IMG/VR virus record: IMGVR_UViG_3300027847_001048
DNA: 64,000 bases
Strand: one strand, 5' to 3'
DNA from: an uncultured virus (IMG/VR IMGVR_UViG_3300027847_001048)
Lineage: Duplodnaviria > Heunggongvirae > Uroviricota > Caudoviricetes
Numbering within the stretch: position 1 is the stretch's first letter; every line of letters begins with the position of its first letter. Below the pieces are notes generated by a model. It worked only from the letters and a program-made list of their open reading frames with translations, did not search any database and was not told where the DNA came from. Shown in pieces: positions 28,265 to 37,889 of the stretch. Made by a program: the position numbers and the translations under genes.

Positions 28265-30180
28265 GCAAGCAAGTTACCAGCCTCGCAGCCAAGCTCACCC
28301 AGGCACGGGACGCCTACTACAACGGCAAGCCCATCATGTCTGACCTTGAGTTTGACGTGATGGAAGACAAGCTGCGTAAGCTCGATCCAGGCCACGCCTT
28401 TTTCTCCAAGGTCGGCGCTGCTCCTGTGAGCGGTTGGTCCAAGGTCACGCACAAGATCCCCATGACCAGCTTGAACAAGGCCCAAGACGCCGACGATATG
28501 CGAACGTGGGGTAACGGTCGCACTGGCTACATCGCTGCCGGGGAGTTCATCTGGATTGAAAAGCTGGACGGGATCTCGATCTCACTCCGCTACGACAAGG
28601 GCATCCTGACCCAAGCTGTGACCCGTGGTGATGGCTCTGTGGGCGAAGACATTACCCGCAACGTCAAGCTAATGAAGGGTCTCCCGAGTCAACTCGCTGT
28701 TGATCCATCATGGTCAGGCTACGTTCGTGGCGAGATTGTCTGCCTCCGGTCTGACTTCGATGCTCACTTTCCCGGTGAGTCCAACCCTCGCAACACGGCT
28801 TCCGGTACTGCCAAGCGTCAGTCCGATCCACGTCCATGCGCTCACCTGACGGTGATGCCGTTCCAGTGCCTTCCAGACACGGGAATGTACGCCACCAAGA
28901 AGGGTGAGCTTACTGCCCTGCAATCCTTGGGGTTCACCCATACCCCTCAATGGTGGACAAGGGACTCCCTCACAGCCATCTTCGACACTTACAACGAGTA
29001 TGTGGCTACGAGGCGGGACAATCTGGACTACGAGATCGATGGGCTGGTGGTCAGCCTCAACGACAACCAGAAGTGGGAAGATGCCGGGGAGAAAAACCAT
29101 CGCCCCGCAGGATCAATCGCCTTCAAGTTTCCCCATGAGTCAGCCACAACCCGGCTCCAAGATATCATCTGGCAGGTCGGCAACTCCGGTCGTGTGACCC
29201 CCGTGGCCGAGTTTGATTCGGTGCCACTGGCAGGGGCCAACGTCCGTCGAGCGAGCCTCCACAACATCAGCAACATCGGACGCATCGCAAGCGAGGCAGG
29301 ACACACGGCACTGCGGAAGGGTGATCTGATCATGGTCAGCCGCCGCAACGACGTGATTCCATACGTCGAAGCCCTCGTCACGCCCAAGACAAGCGGTGCT
29401 TTGTTGTCTGTACCTCCCACCGACTGCCCGTGCTGCGGCACGGCGTTGCAGATGGACGGTGAGTATCTGGTCTGCAACGGCACGATGTGTTCGGCCCAGG
29501 TGTCGGGCAGCATCAAGCGTTGGGTCAAGAAGGTCGGCATCCTCGATTGGGGGACCAGCGTGATTGACGTTCTGGTGGACTCTGAACTCATCAAAGATCC
29601 AGCAGACCTCTACAAGCTCGACGAAACCACTCTCTCGGCTGTCCAACTTTCGGGTCGGCGGGTCGGCTCTGGTGCCAAGACCATGCTCGCCAACCTCCAC
29701 GCCAAGACCGATCTCCCCGTGAACGTGGTGGTCGGCTCGCTCGGCATCGACCTCATGGGTCGGTCAATGGTCAAGAAGCTGGTTGACGCTGGCTACGACA
29801 CCCTGGACGCTCTGGCGACCGCTACGGTCCAAGAGTTTGCTTCGGTGCCCGGTATGGGTCAGACGAAGGCAGAAGCCTTCCATAGTGGCTTCCACTTCCG
29901 CTCTGGTCTCATCAGCAAGCTGGTGATGAACGGTATCACCATCAAGGCTCCCTCTACTGGCTTCCTCAAGGGCATGACAGTCTGCATGACAGGCTTCCGT
30001 GACGCTGCGATGCACGATGCGATTGAAGCCGCAGGCGGGACCATAAAGTCGAGCGTTGTTCGTGACCTCGATTACTTGGTCGCCAAAGACCCAAGCTCTA
30101 CAAGCGGTAAGGCCAAGAAGGCCCGTGATCAACTCACACACATCGTCAGCATCGAAGATATGCAAAGCCTCTTGAGCTAA
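28261..30180 (+). CDS. ligA: NAD-dependent DNA ligase
   Basis: YYNG..IMSD.EFD, EKLDG adenylation motif, TRGDG.VGEDIT, VRGE, DGLV, Cys4 Zn finger, HhH region, C-terminal BRCT. Confidence 0.95.
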   Translation: MSKQVTSLAAKLTQARDAYYNGKPIMSDLEFDVMEDKLRKLDPGHAFFSKVGAAPVSGWSKVTHKIPMTSLNKAQDADDMRTWGNGRTGYIAAGEFIWIEKLDGISISLRYDKGILTQAVTRGDGSVGEDITRNVKLMKGLPSQLAVDPSWSGYVRGEIVCLRSDFDAHFPGESNPRNTASGTAKRQSDPRPCAHLTVMPFQCLPDTGMYATKKGELTALQSLGFTHTPQWWTRDSLTAIFDTYNEYVATRRDNLDYEIDGLVVSLNDNQKWEDAGEKNHRPAGSIAFKFPHESATTRLQDIIWQVGNSGRVTPVAEFDSVPLAGANVRRASLHNISNIGRIASEAGHTALRKGDLIMVSRRNDVIPYVEALVTPKTSGALLSVPPTDCPCCGTALQMDGEYLVCNGTMCSAQVSGSIKRWVKKVGILDWGTSVIDVLVDSELIKDPADLYKLDETTLSAVQLSGRRVGSGAKTMLANLHAKTDLPVNVVVGSLGIDLMGRSMVKKLVDAGYDTLDALATATVQEFASVPGMGQTKAEAFHSGFHFRSGLISKLVMNGITIKAPSTGFLKGMTVCMTGFRDAAMHDAIEAAGGTIKSSVVRDLDYLVAKDPSSTSGKAKKARDQLTHIVSIEDMQSLLS

Positions 30181-30322
30181 TGGCTCGCAGGTTCGCCCGC
30201 TTTGATCTTGGCGGGACGACCGTATTCTTCATGGGCAAAGTTTCACCCCAAAGTTTGCCCCTCAAACATTGAAAAACGCACTACTTCCAAGCATTTACGC
30301 TGGGTCTCTCAAATCGAAGTTA

Positions 30323-30351
30323 TTGACGGAGCCCCTCGAACGTGATAGGGT
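30323..30351 (+). promoter_or_regulatory. Sigma70-like promoter
   Basis: TTGACG-N17-TAGGGT with a TG extended -10, upstream of the GHKL gene. Confidence 0.45.
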
Positions 30352-30458
30352 GGTGTATGGGGTTAGGTTAGCTAACTCCCCGAAGAACCTGGGTTTTTCG
30401 GTCTTGAGCTTGATTCCGGTTCGGTCGGGGTCGTAACTATGCAAACATTGAGGAAACA

Positions 30459-31988
30459 ATGGGAAACAAACACGTCGAAGTCGATCTGAAAGGATTGGCG
30501 AAACTGCTCGAACGAAAGGGTCTGCACTGGCTGGCTCTTGAACTGCTCCAGAACGCTCTGGACACAAAGACCACCGTTATCGATCTCACGATGACGGCGA
30601 TCCCCAACCGCCCGATGGTGGAGTTGGTGATCACGGATGAAGATCCAGATGGGTTCCTCGACCTGTCTCACGCCTACACGCTCTTCGCCGAGTCTACGAA
30701 GAAGGACGACCCCGAGCTTCGTGGTCGGTTCAACTTCGGAGAGAAGTTGGTCCTCGCATATGCACTTGCGTATGGGGGAGAGGTGGAGATCTCCACGACC
30801 AAGGGAACGATCCTGTTCGATGATAGTGGACGGCACTCCAAGCGCCTCAAGCGTTCCGAAGGTAGCCAAGTCCGAGTCATCGCCAAGCTGACCCGAAGCC
30901 AGATGGCCGAGGTCGAGGCAGCGATCCTCTCGATCATCCCTCCCGCCGCCGTCGTGGTCACGTACAACGGGAAGCCACTCCAGACCCGTGTCCCGGTTCG
31001 GACCTTCACTGCGACCTTGCCTACGGTGAAGTCAGACAACGAGGGCATCCTACGTCCCACGAAGCGGAAGACCGAGGTCGAGGTCTACGAAGTCGTGGGC
31101 GATGAGAAGCCCACGATCTACGAGATGGGCTTGCCCGTCGTGGAACTGCTGGGTGACGACAAGTACCACGTCAACGTGAAGCAGAAGATCCCTCTCAACA
31201 TGGATCGGGACAACGTGACCCCGGGGTACTTGAAGAATGTGCGTGTCGAAGTGATGAACGCCACCCATGATCTACTCGACAAAGAAGAGGCCGCATCAAC
31301 CTGGGCTACGGAAGCTCTCGGTGACGACCGGATTGGGCAAGCCGCTGTCTCGTCAATCTTGGACCAACGCTTTGGAGAGAAGCGGGTTATCGCTGACCCC
31401 TCCGACCCCGAGGCTACCAAGGAAGCTGCCCGTGATGGCTGGACAGTCATCCCTGGAGGCACCTTTGGCGGGAAGCAGTGGGGCAACATCAAGCAGAACA
31501 CCAGCCGAGGCGGAACCCGCCCTGCTGGTCGTGTGACTGGCACGTCCTTTGGGACATTCAGTGCTGCCCGAAACCCTGTTCTGGACCCAAGCAAGTACAC
31601 CGATGGGATGAAGGAGTTGATCCCGTACATCATTCAAGTGGGCTTCCTGCTTACGGGTGGGGACATCGACGTGATCATCACGGATGATCGGGCTTGGGGT
31701 CATTCGGCCAACTACGAGGGCAGCGTGCTGACCCTCAACCTTGTTCGGAACGGACACAGCTTTTTCAACGACAAGACCCCCGCAGGGTTCGTCCGAGTCA
31801 ACTCGCTGTTGATCCATGAGTTCGCAACCCACGTCACCCGGGACCGACTCTCCAGCCAGTACCATTCGACCCTCGCTACCTATGGAGCCAAGCTCGCCGT
31901 GGCGGTAGCCACCATCGGCGCAGACCTTACGGACGCTTGGAACCTGGGCACGGGTTCCACTGCGGTCGATTGGGACGCCCCTATTTAG
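30459..31988 (+). CDS. GHKL (HSP90-like) ATPase with C-terminal metallopeptidase-like segment
   Basis: ELLQNALD, DEDPDG, RGRFNFGEK and EGSQV Bergerat-fold motifs; C-terminal LLIHEFATH. Confidence 0.75.
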   Translation: MGNKHVEVDLKGLAKLLERKGLHWLALELLQNALDTKTTVIDLTMTAIPNRPMVELVITDEDPDGFLDLSHAYTLFAESTKKDDPELRGRFNFGEKLVLAYALAYGGEVEISTTKGTILFDDSGRHSKRLKRSEGSQVRVIAKLTRSQMAEVEAAILSIIPPAAVVVTYNGKPLQTRVPVRTFTATLPTVKSDNEGILRPTKRKTEVEVYEVVGDEKPTIYEMGLPVVELLGDDKYHVNVKQKIPLNMDRDNVTPGYLKNVRVEVMNATHDLLDKEEAASTWATEALGDDRIGQAAVSSILDQRFGEKRVIADPSDPEATKEAARDGWTVIPGGTFGGKQWGNIKQNTSRGGTRPAGRVTGTSFGTFSAARNPVLDPSKYTDGMKELIPYIIQVGFLLTGGDIDVIITDDRAWGHSANYEGSVLTLNLVRNGHSFFNDKTPAGFVRVNSLLIHEFATHVTRDRLSSQYHSTLATYGAKLAVAVATIGADLTDAWNLGTGSTAVDWDAPI

Positions 31989-32010
31989 AGTCAGGGGCGG
32001 TCAAGGGGCA

Positions 32011-32418
32011 GTGGACAGGGTAAGGTGTTCTCCCATCACGGAGTTTACCGTGCCCTCCGCTGGCCTCGACCTTTTCCTCAAGTCCCCTCACTTCAAGCTC
32101 CGTATCACCGAAGCCGACAGCTACGCCCAGGAGGTTGGAAGAAACCCGTGGGCGGTTCGTGTCGCCTGGGTCTCTTTGACTGAAGGTCCGTTGGTGGCTC
32201 GCCGCTACCTCAAGAAGCGACGGGCTTACCAAGACACAGCCCCGTACCAGATGTACTGCCGCCTCATCGATGAAGGGATCTTCTCGGAAGACCCTCAAGG
32301 GGTCTACTATGAGTCTGCTCCAAAGTGGGAAGACGACGCTGGCACGATGGCATGGTTCAACACCATCATTCTGATTGCAGAAGGCATGGAGGTGCCACAA
32401 GACTTCCCTCGGCGGTAG
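32011..32418 (+). CDS. Hypothetical protein
   Basis: Co-directional ORF filling the gap between genes. Start uncertain. Confidence 0.5.
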   Translation: MDRVRCSPITEFTVPSAGLDLFLKSPHFKLRITEADSYAQEVGRNPWAVRVAWVSLTEGPLVARRYLKKRRAYQDTAPYQMYCRLIDEGIFSEDPQGVYYESAPKWEDDAGTMAWFNTIILIAEGMEVPQDFPRR

Positions 32419-32461
32419 CCTATCTATCGACCACTGTTTGTGGAACTGTGGAGGTAAGTCT

Positions 32462-33232
32462 GTGCAAAGGATCAAGCTCATACGATACGGCACTCTGACC
32501 GTCACCCCCGATACCAGGGATGTCCTTGAAGCTCTTGGCAACAAGGCCACAGAGGTAGGGTGGCGAGTTGGGTTTGATCCGAGCCCGTGGGCAGAGGATG
32601 ACGGAGCGCCCCGGTATCTTTCCCTCTCCCCCGCAGGCAGAGGCTTCAAGATCGAAGCCCTGCATGACCAGATCACAGCGCCCACAGCCTGTCTGGCGGC
32701 TCTCTGGAGCATGACCGTCCCACTCGGGTTGACTCCGTGGAACCGCTATCCGGTCCCCGGTCACAAGGACCACCAGTTCCACAACTTCGGGCCGTGGAAG
32801 CCTCTTATGGACCGCCTCTTGGCAGAAGGTCGTGGACACCTCGCATGGCCGTCCGTCTGTTGTGCTGCCCAAGTAGATGCCGGGATATGGAAAGGCGACA
32901 AGACCGTGGAACGCTTTGTTCAAGCGCAGCTACATCGGATTGGGTACAACGTCGGACCAGTCGATGGGATCATCGGTCCCCGTACAGCACAGGCTATCGA
33001 GACGATGGGCTTGTCTGGCATCCCTCTCAAACAGATTGCCGAAACTCTGGTTGACCGGGAGCCCCCCACCCCTTCCAAGCGGGATTCTTCTACCGGGCAC
33101 ATCGTTGTCCCGGGTCGTTCACTTTCCGTAGCGAGCTTCGGGGATGTACGGACGGTACAGACCAACAACGGAGTCAGCTTGGATGTTCGTGGGCGGGGTC
33201 GAGTTGTTGTAGATATCGGGGGGAGTCGATGA
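32462..33232 (+). CDS. Peptidoglycan-binding-domain protein with a degenerate peptidase-M15-like N-terminus
   Basis: GGAGGT RBS + GTG at 32462; VQAQLHRIGYNVGPVDGIIGPRTAQAI matches PG_binding_1. Confidence 0.7.
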   Translation: MQRIKLIRYGTLTVTPDTRDVLEALGNKATEVGWRVGFDPSPWAEDDGAPRYLSLSPAGRGFKIEALHDQITAPTACLAALWSMTVPLGLTPWNRYPVPGHKDHQFHNFGPWKPLMDRLLAEGRGHLAWPSVCCAAQVDAGIWKGDKTVERFVQAQLHRIGYNVGPVDGIIGPRTAQAIETMGLSGIPLKQIAETLVDREPPTPSKRDSSTGHIVVPGRSLSVASFGDVRTVQTNNGVSLDVRGRGRVVVDIGGSR

Positions 33233-33846
33233 TTGACCACCTATCATCCCTCTGGTCCAGACTCACGGGCAAGCCCCCCAAGATCCCTGAACCTGTGGAT
33301 ACTCCCAGCGCCGAGAAGATCCTCAAGAAAGTTGGGACCGAGATGCACAAGAAGCTGCACTCGACCTACGCTTCCTTGGCTCTGGCGTACATCGTAGAGG
33401 AATGTCAGAAGAAGGACTTTGAGACACCCCAGATTGCTTACTTGCTGTGGGTTCTCTACAAGTCGCAGAAGACATGGCCCACCGTAGATCGACACCAAAA
33501 GCGGTGTTTGGTTTTCTTCCTCAATCTCATCGTGAGGGCAGGGAAACTTCCCAACTACAAAACCGTGATAGAACCCCAAGATGGGGAGACCGAACTTCAG
33601 ATCAATGAGATCATCAAGACACTGGCGAAACGCTCAATAGACCTAAAGCAGATAGTTTTCAGTGGGTTAGTAGATATCTTGAAGAAGTACCAGAAGGAGT
33701 GGACGAGCCTTCATTCAGAGACCGCCTCCAAAGATATGCTCGGATATTTCTCGTACTCTTTCGGGGATCAGGCGAAGAATCGTTGGACCTTGTGGGGTGG
33801 TGAACCCGGGGATACTCTGCGACAGTATGCTCTCTTGAACTATTGA
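33229..33846 (+). CDS. Hypothetical protein
   Basis: ATGA overlap with the previous stop codon. Confidence 0.65.
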   Translation: MIDHLSSLWSRLTGKPPKIPEPVDTPSAEKILKKVGTEMHKKLHSTYASLALAYIVEECQKKDFETPQIAYLLWVLYKSQKTWPTVDRHQKRCLVFFLNLIVRAGKLPNYKTVIEPQDGETELQINEIIKTLAKRSIDLKQIVFSGLVDILKKYQKEWTSLHSETASKDMLGYFSYSFGDQAKNRWTLWGGEPGDTLRQYALLNY

Positions 33847-33895
33847 CGGGGGTAGATTCTCTTCGTGGCCGGGTAGATGCGGTAAGGAGGGAACT

Positions 33896-35494
33896 ATGGA
33901 CGACGACAATCTGGAGGCCGTACATAAAAGGCTGAAAGGACTGCGGGAACGCACGGACCTTTCCCTCCGATCCACGTCCCATTTGAAGGACACCTTCACG
34001 GGGTTCGACGGTCAAGAGCACCCTCTGAAACTCCGGTACTATCAAATCCAAGGGTTGCTCCACCTTGTCGCTATGAAGCGGTTTCTGTTGGGGGACGACA
34101 CCGGACTCGGGAAGACGCTCCAAGCCATCGCCGCCCTCTGTTATCTGTGGGAGAAGAACCCCAACCAGAAGGCCATCGTTCTGACCAACAAGTCTGCTGT
34201 TGAACAGTGGGCCGGTGAGTTTGATAAGTTCACCACGGGCGTCAAGGCCATCATCTGCAAGGGCACCCCGGCCCAGCGCAAGAAAGCCTACGATCTATTC
34301 GAGGCAACACTCGGTCCGACCGTCTTGATCATGGGCTATCGGTCAGCGGTTAGAGACATAGGGCTTCTCCAAAGCTGGACAGACTTCATCTTCATTACAG
34401 ATGAGGCAACCGCCTACAAGACCCCCACCACACAGATTCATCAGGTCGTTCGGCACCTCTCCCAGAACGCTGCTCGGACGTGGGCTCTCACGGCCACACT
34501 CATCAAGAACCACTTGATCGAGGGGTGGGGTATCTATCGGGTGGTGGTGCCTGGGTTGTTTGAGAGCACCAAAAACAAGTTCATGGTCAACTACTGCATC
34601 ATTCGGATGCAGAAGATCCCACGCAGCAACCGACAGATTCCGGTAATCGTGGGCTACCGAAAAACCGATATTGAACGCTTCAAGACCCGCATCGATGCGT
34701 ATTTCCTTGGACGCCCGAAGTTCACCGTAGCCAGCGATCTACCTGTACTCACACGCAAGGTGATCAAGGTGGACATGACCAGGGCTCAAAACCTCAAGTA
34801 TCAAGAAGCCCTATCGGGGCTGTTGGAGGTTGGGACTGGTCCTGACGCAGACCTCAAGGAGACCACCAAGCTCACGCAGATCATCTACTGCCAACAGATT
34901 GCTAATCACCTGGGGTTGATCGGCTGCGAAGGGGAGTCTTCCAAGCTCGATGCGCTCATCGAGCTTGTCAAAGAAGGGGACTTTGCCGATGAAAAGGTCA
35001 TCGTGTTTTCTCGGTTTAGGAAGATGATCGACATCATCTGCCCTGCTCTGGAGAAGGCAGGTATCGGGTACGCTCGTATCACGGGTAGCGAGACCGAGAC
35101 CCAACGCAAAGTGGGGCAAGACGCCTTCCAGACCCAGGATTCGGACACTCGGGTTATGTGCATTACGACAGCCGGGACCGAGGCGGTCAACCTGCAAGCC
35201 GCCAAAGCTGTTGTCTTCTTCGACTCCCCTTGGAGTGGTGGAGACTACATCCAAAGCGTTGGACGGATGATCCGTATCGGCTCCATCCATGATCGTTGCT
35301 ATGCCATACACCTCATCGCCAATGGCTCTGTGGATGAGCGGGTGATGGAGGTCTTGCACAGGAAGATGAAGCTGATTGAAGCTGTTATTGGCAAACGCAT
35401 CCAAGGTGAGGATGATGACGATGTTGAGATTATGGCCGACAACGACATCTCCGATATCTTCGATCTGCTTCAAGCAGACGCACGGGGGTCTTGA
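33896..35494 (+). CDS. SNF2-family (SF2) helicase/ATPase
   Basis: LRYYQ, DDTGLGKT, DEAT, LTAT, KVIVFS, EAVNLQAA, QSVGRMIRIG; TAAGGAGG RBS. Confidence 0.92.
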   Translation: MDDDNLEAVHKRLKGLRERTDLSLRSTSHLKDTFTGFDGQEHPLKLRYYQIQGLLHLVAMKRFLLGDDTGLGKTLQAIAALCYLWEKNPNQKAIVLTNKSAVEQWAGEFDKFTTGVKAIICKGTPAQRKKAYDLFEATLGPTVLIMGYRSAVRDIGLLQSWTDFIFITDEATAYKTPTTQIHQVVRHLSQNAARTWALTATLIKNHLIEGWGIYRVVVPGLFESTKNKFMVNYCIIRMQKIPRSNRQIPVIVGYRKTDIERFKTRIDAYFLGRPKFTVASDLPVLTRKVIKVDMTRAQNLKYQEALSGLLEVGTGPDADLKETTKLTQIIYCQQIANHLGLIGCEGESSKLDALIELVKEGDFADEKVIVFSRFRKMIDIICPALEKAGIGYARITGSETETQRKVGQDAFQTQDSDTRVMCITTAGTEAVNLQAAKAVVFFDSPWSGGDYIQSVGRMIRIGSIHDRCYAIHLIANGSVDERVMEVLHRKMKLIEAVIGKRIQGEDDDDVEIMADNDISDIFDLLQADARGS

Positions 35495-36315
35495 TGGGGG
35501 AAACACATCCTTACCCGGGGGGTGACGGGAAACCAGACTGCTCAACTTGTGGCGGAAGGGGTGCAATCTCAATCGAGGGGGCTATCCCTCCTGCGGTACG
35601 GCGGTGTCAATGCGTCTTGGTGCGGGACGTACTGGCGAACGTAGAGCAGGGCTGGAAGGGGTTGTCCAAAGCCAGGGTCATAGAAGACAGCGATCTCAAG
35701 GGGCTGACTGAACGGAATCTGTTGATCACGGGAGCGGACCGGGTGTTTAGACGCCACCTTCGTCACGTTGCTGTCCGTATGGGACCAGAGTGGAACTTCA
35801 AGGTTGTCTCCGATGCAGACCTCATCACGTCTTGGCTGGCTTCCGTAGCCCTCAAGGGTGGTGAGTTATTCGATCCAGATGCCGCTACCGTTTCGACTCG
35901 GTACATCACGTTGGTTGATCTAATCGATCCACCTCAACTCCTGGTTATCCGGCTCGGGGTGAAGAAAGCCCGCAACGTAGCGATGTCTGAAGTGTTGTTG
36001 GAGACGCTTACCCACCGACACCACAACAACAAGCCCACTTGGATTACAGACCAGCCGGATGATCCTCTCGGGGAGATGCACCGATGTTGGTCCACGGAAC
36101 TTACTTTGTATATGCAGGAATGGGACCACGTTATTCTGCGACAAGGCTTCGAGAATCTCGCTGCGAAGTCTCTCGCTGCGAAGTCTACTATCCACGCCCC
36201 TGCCAAGAAGAAGCCTGCGCCTCGTTCCCAGAGTACCAAGTCTAACCTGGGCTCTTTGATGGATAACGAGGACCGTGCAGACAAGAAGTTCAAGAAGAAG
36301 GGTGGGAAACGATGA
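35494..36315 (+). CDS. DnaC/IstB-like helicase-loader-related protein, P-loop degenerate
   Basis: N-terminal CSTCGGRG...CQC; LLVIRLG (in place of LLILDDLG); RHHNNKPTWIT. Directly upstream of DnaB. Confidence 0.6.
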   Translation: MGETHPYPGGDGKPDCSTCGGRGAISIEGAIPPAVRRCQCVLVRDVLANVEQGWKGLSKARVIEDSDLKGLTERNLLITGADRVFRRHLRHVAVRMGPEWNFKVVSDADLITSWLASVALKGGELFDPDAATVSTRYITLVDLIDPPQLLVIRLGVKKARNVAMSEVLLETLTHRHHNNKPTWITDQPDDPLGEMHRCWSTELTLYMQEWDHVILRQGFENLAAKSLAAKSTIHAPAKKKPAPRSQSTKSNLGSLMDNEDRADKKFKKKGGKR

Positions 36316-37889
36316 ACATCCTCCTGCGTTCTTGTCTAAAGGCCGACAAAGCCGATAACGAAGCCTTGCTGTTCCGCAACTATTTGATGTTCTCTGACTC
36401 GGGTCTCGGGTTCGATGTTCCCGAAGATAACGTGGTCTGGTCGTACATTGAAGAGTTCAGTCGTAACTACAACCACACCCCCGACTTGGTAACGGTCCGA
36501 AACCACTTCCAGCACATCGGAGAAGAAGGTGTCGTAGATCGTCTCGAAGTGATTGCGGCGTACACCCCTATTTTTCGAGGGGATTTCGAGTCTCGTCTCA
36601 ATGAGAAGGCCACGGAACGCAAGATCCGAACAGTCATAGAGGTACTCAAAGAGGCCAACTCTATCAATCAGATCGGAGTCGAAGTCCAAGAGGGTAGAGA
36701 TAAGAAGCTGTTGCGTGGTCCGGTAGCCGCTGTGCGGTACATCTTGGACCGCAGCCATGAGATCGTCTCCCCCACGCTCGGCGCACGGTTATCTGGTGAA
36801 GTTACGGGAGACGCCGAGGACTTCCTGGCTGAATATGACCGGGTGAAGTCAGACCCCTTGGCAGGCATCGGTCAGATGTCTGGTATCCAGCAGATGGATC
36901 ATGCCTTTCAGGGGGCGAAGCGTCAGGAGCTTTGGACCCATGCTGCTTTTACGGGAGGTCTCAAGTCTACTCTGATGCTCAACTGGGCCTACACACAAGC
37001 GGTTTACTACGGGCATAGCTCTTACATCTGTTCGTTGGAGATGCCTTACAAGCAAGACCGCCGCATCCTTTACTCGATGCACTCGCTCCATGAGAAGTTC
37101 AACCCGATTCGGGTGGACCTGGGTCTCCAATCAGACCTCAAAGTACCCCGTGGGCTTCTGTATCAGAAGATCCGTGACGGTGTTCTCGACGATGCCGAAG
37201 AGAAGTTCCTCAAGGAGTTCGTGGTTCCCGACTTTAGTGGGGGAGGCACCATCCCTTGGAAGCACGATCCAGATGGGGGTTACGGGAAGATCCACGTCGA
37301 GGTTTCCGATCCCGACAAGTCCGACTTCACCGTGGCGGATCTACGGTCTAAAGCGGAGATGACCTACAACAAGTCCCCCTTCTCCTTGATGTTCGTAGAC
37401 CATGCCGGGTTGATGGCACCTCGCAAGTGGGTGTCCAGCACGACGGAACGACTCAATGAGGTCATTCGGGATCTCAAACGGATGGCGTTGAGCTTCAACC
37501 GAGGCCAAGGGATGGCTGTTATCTCCTTGTTCCAGATCAACCGGGAAGGGTTCAAGGCCGCAGAGAAGAATGGCGGGAAGTACAACCTCACGCATCTCTC
37601 TTACGCCAATGAAGCAGAGCGAAGCTCGGACATTGTAACGACCACCTTCGTCAACGATGAGCTTCGCAAGCGGAACCGGGTTCTCTTCCAGTGTCTCAAG
37701 TCCCGTGACGACGCACCGTTCGAGCCGTTCGCTTCACGGGTAGAGTGGTCATGCAGAAGGTTGTTGACGAGCTACGGAGACAACATCGAACAGATTGTTG
37801 GAAAGCAGGACACGGGTAAGGGTAAATCGGCCACCTCTTCGCCTTACGAAGAGACAGGTAACTTGATTGATCTGGAGATGGAATCGTGA
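36312..37889 (+). CDS. DnaB-like replicative helicase
   Basis: AAFTGGLKST (Walker A variant), SLEM, FVDH, FQINREG, ERSSD, LKSRD. Confidence 0.85.
   Translation: MNILLRSCLKADKADNEALLFRNYLMFSDSGLGFDVPEDNVVWSYIEEFSRNYNHTPDLVTVRNHFQHIGEEGVVDRLEVIAAYTPIFRGDFESRLNEKATERKIRTVIEVLKEANSINQIGVEVQEGRDKKLLRGPVAAVRYILDRSHEIVSPTLGARLSGEVTGDAEDFLAEYDRVKSDPLAGIGQMSGIQQMDHAFQGAKRQELWTHAAFTGGLKSTLMLNWAYTQAVYYGHSSYICSLEMPYKQDRRILYSMHSLHEKFNPIRVDLGLQSDLKVPRGLLYQKIRDGVLDDAEEKFLKEFVVPDFSGGGTIPWKHDPDGGYGKIHVEVSDPDKSDFTVADLRSKAEMTYNKSPFSLMFVDHAGLMAPRKWVSSTTERLNEVIRDLKRMALSFNRGQGMAVISLFQINREGFKAAEKNGGKYNLTHLSYANEAERSSDIVTTTFVNDELRKRNRVLFQCLKSRDDAPFEPFASRVEWSCRRLLTSYGDNIEQIVGKQDTGKGKSATSSPYEETGNLIDLEMES

Noticed and set aside
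33850..33880. GGGTAG half-sites here and near 48592, 57271 and 59289
   Set aside because: They lack the GTTAC box at the fixed spacing. They could be a related promoter class, but the sequence alone does not support it.
36156..36185. 15-bp tandem duplication (LAAKS x2)
   Set aside because: In-frame duplication in a low-complexity linker.
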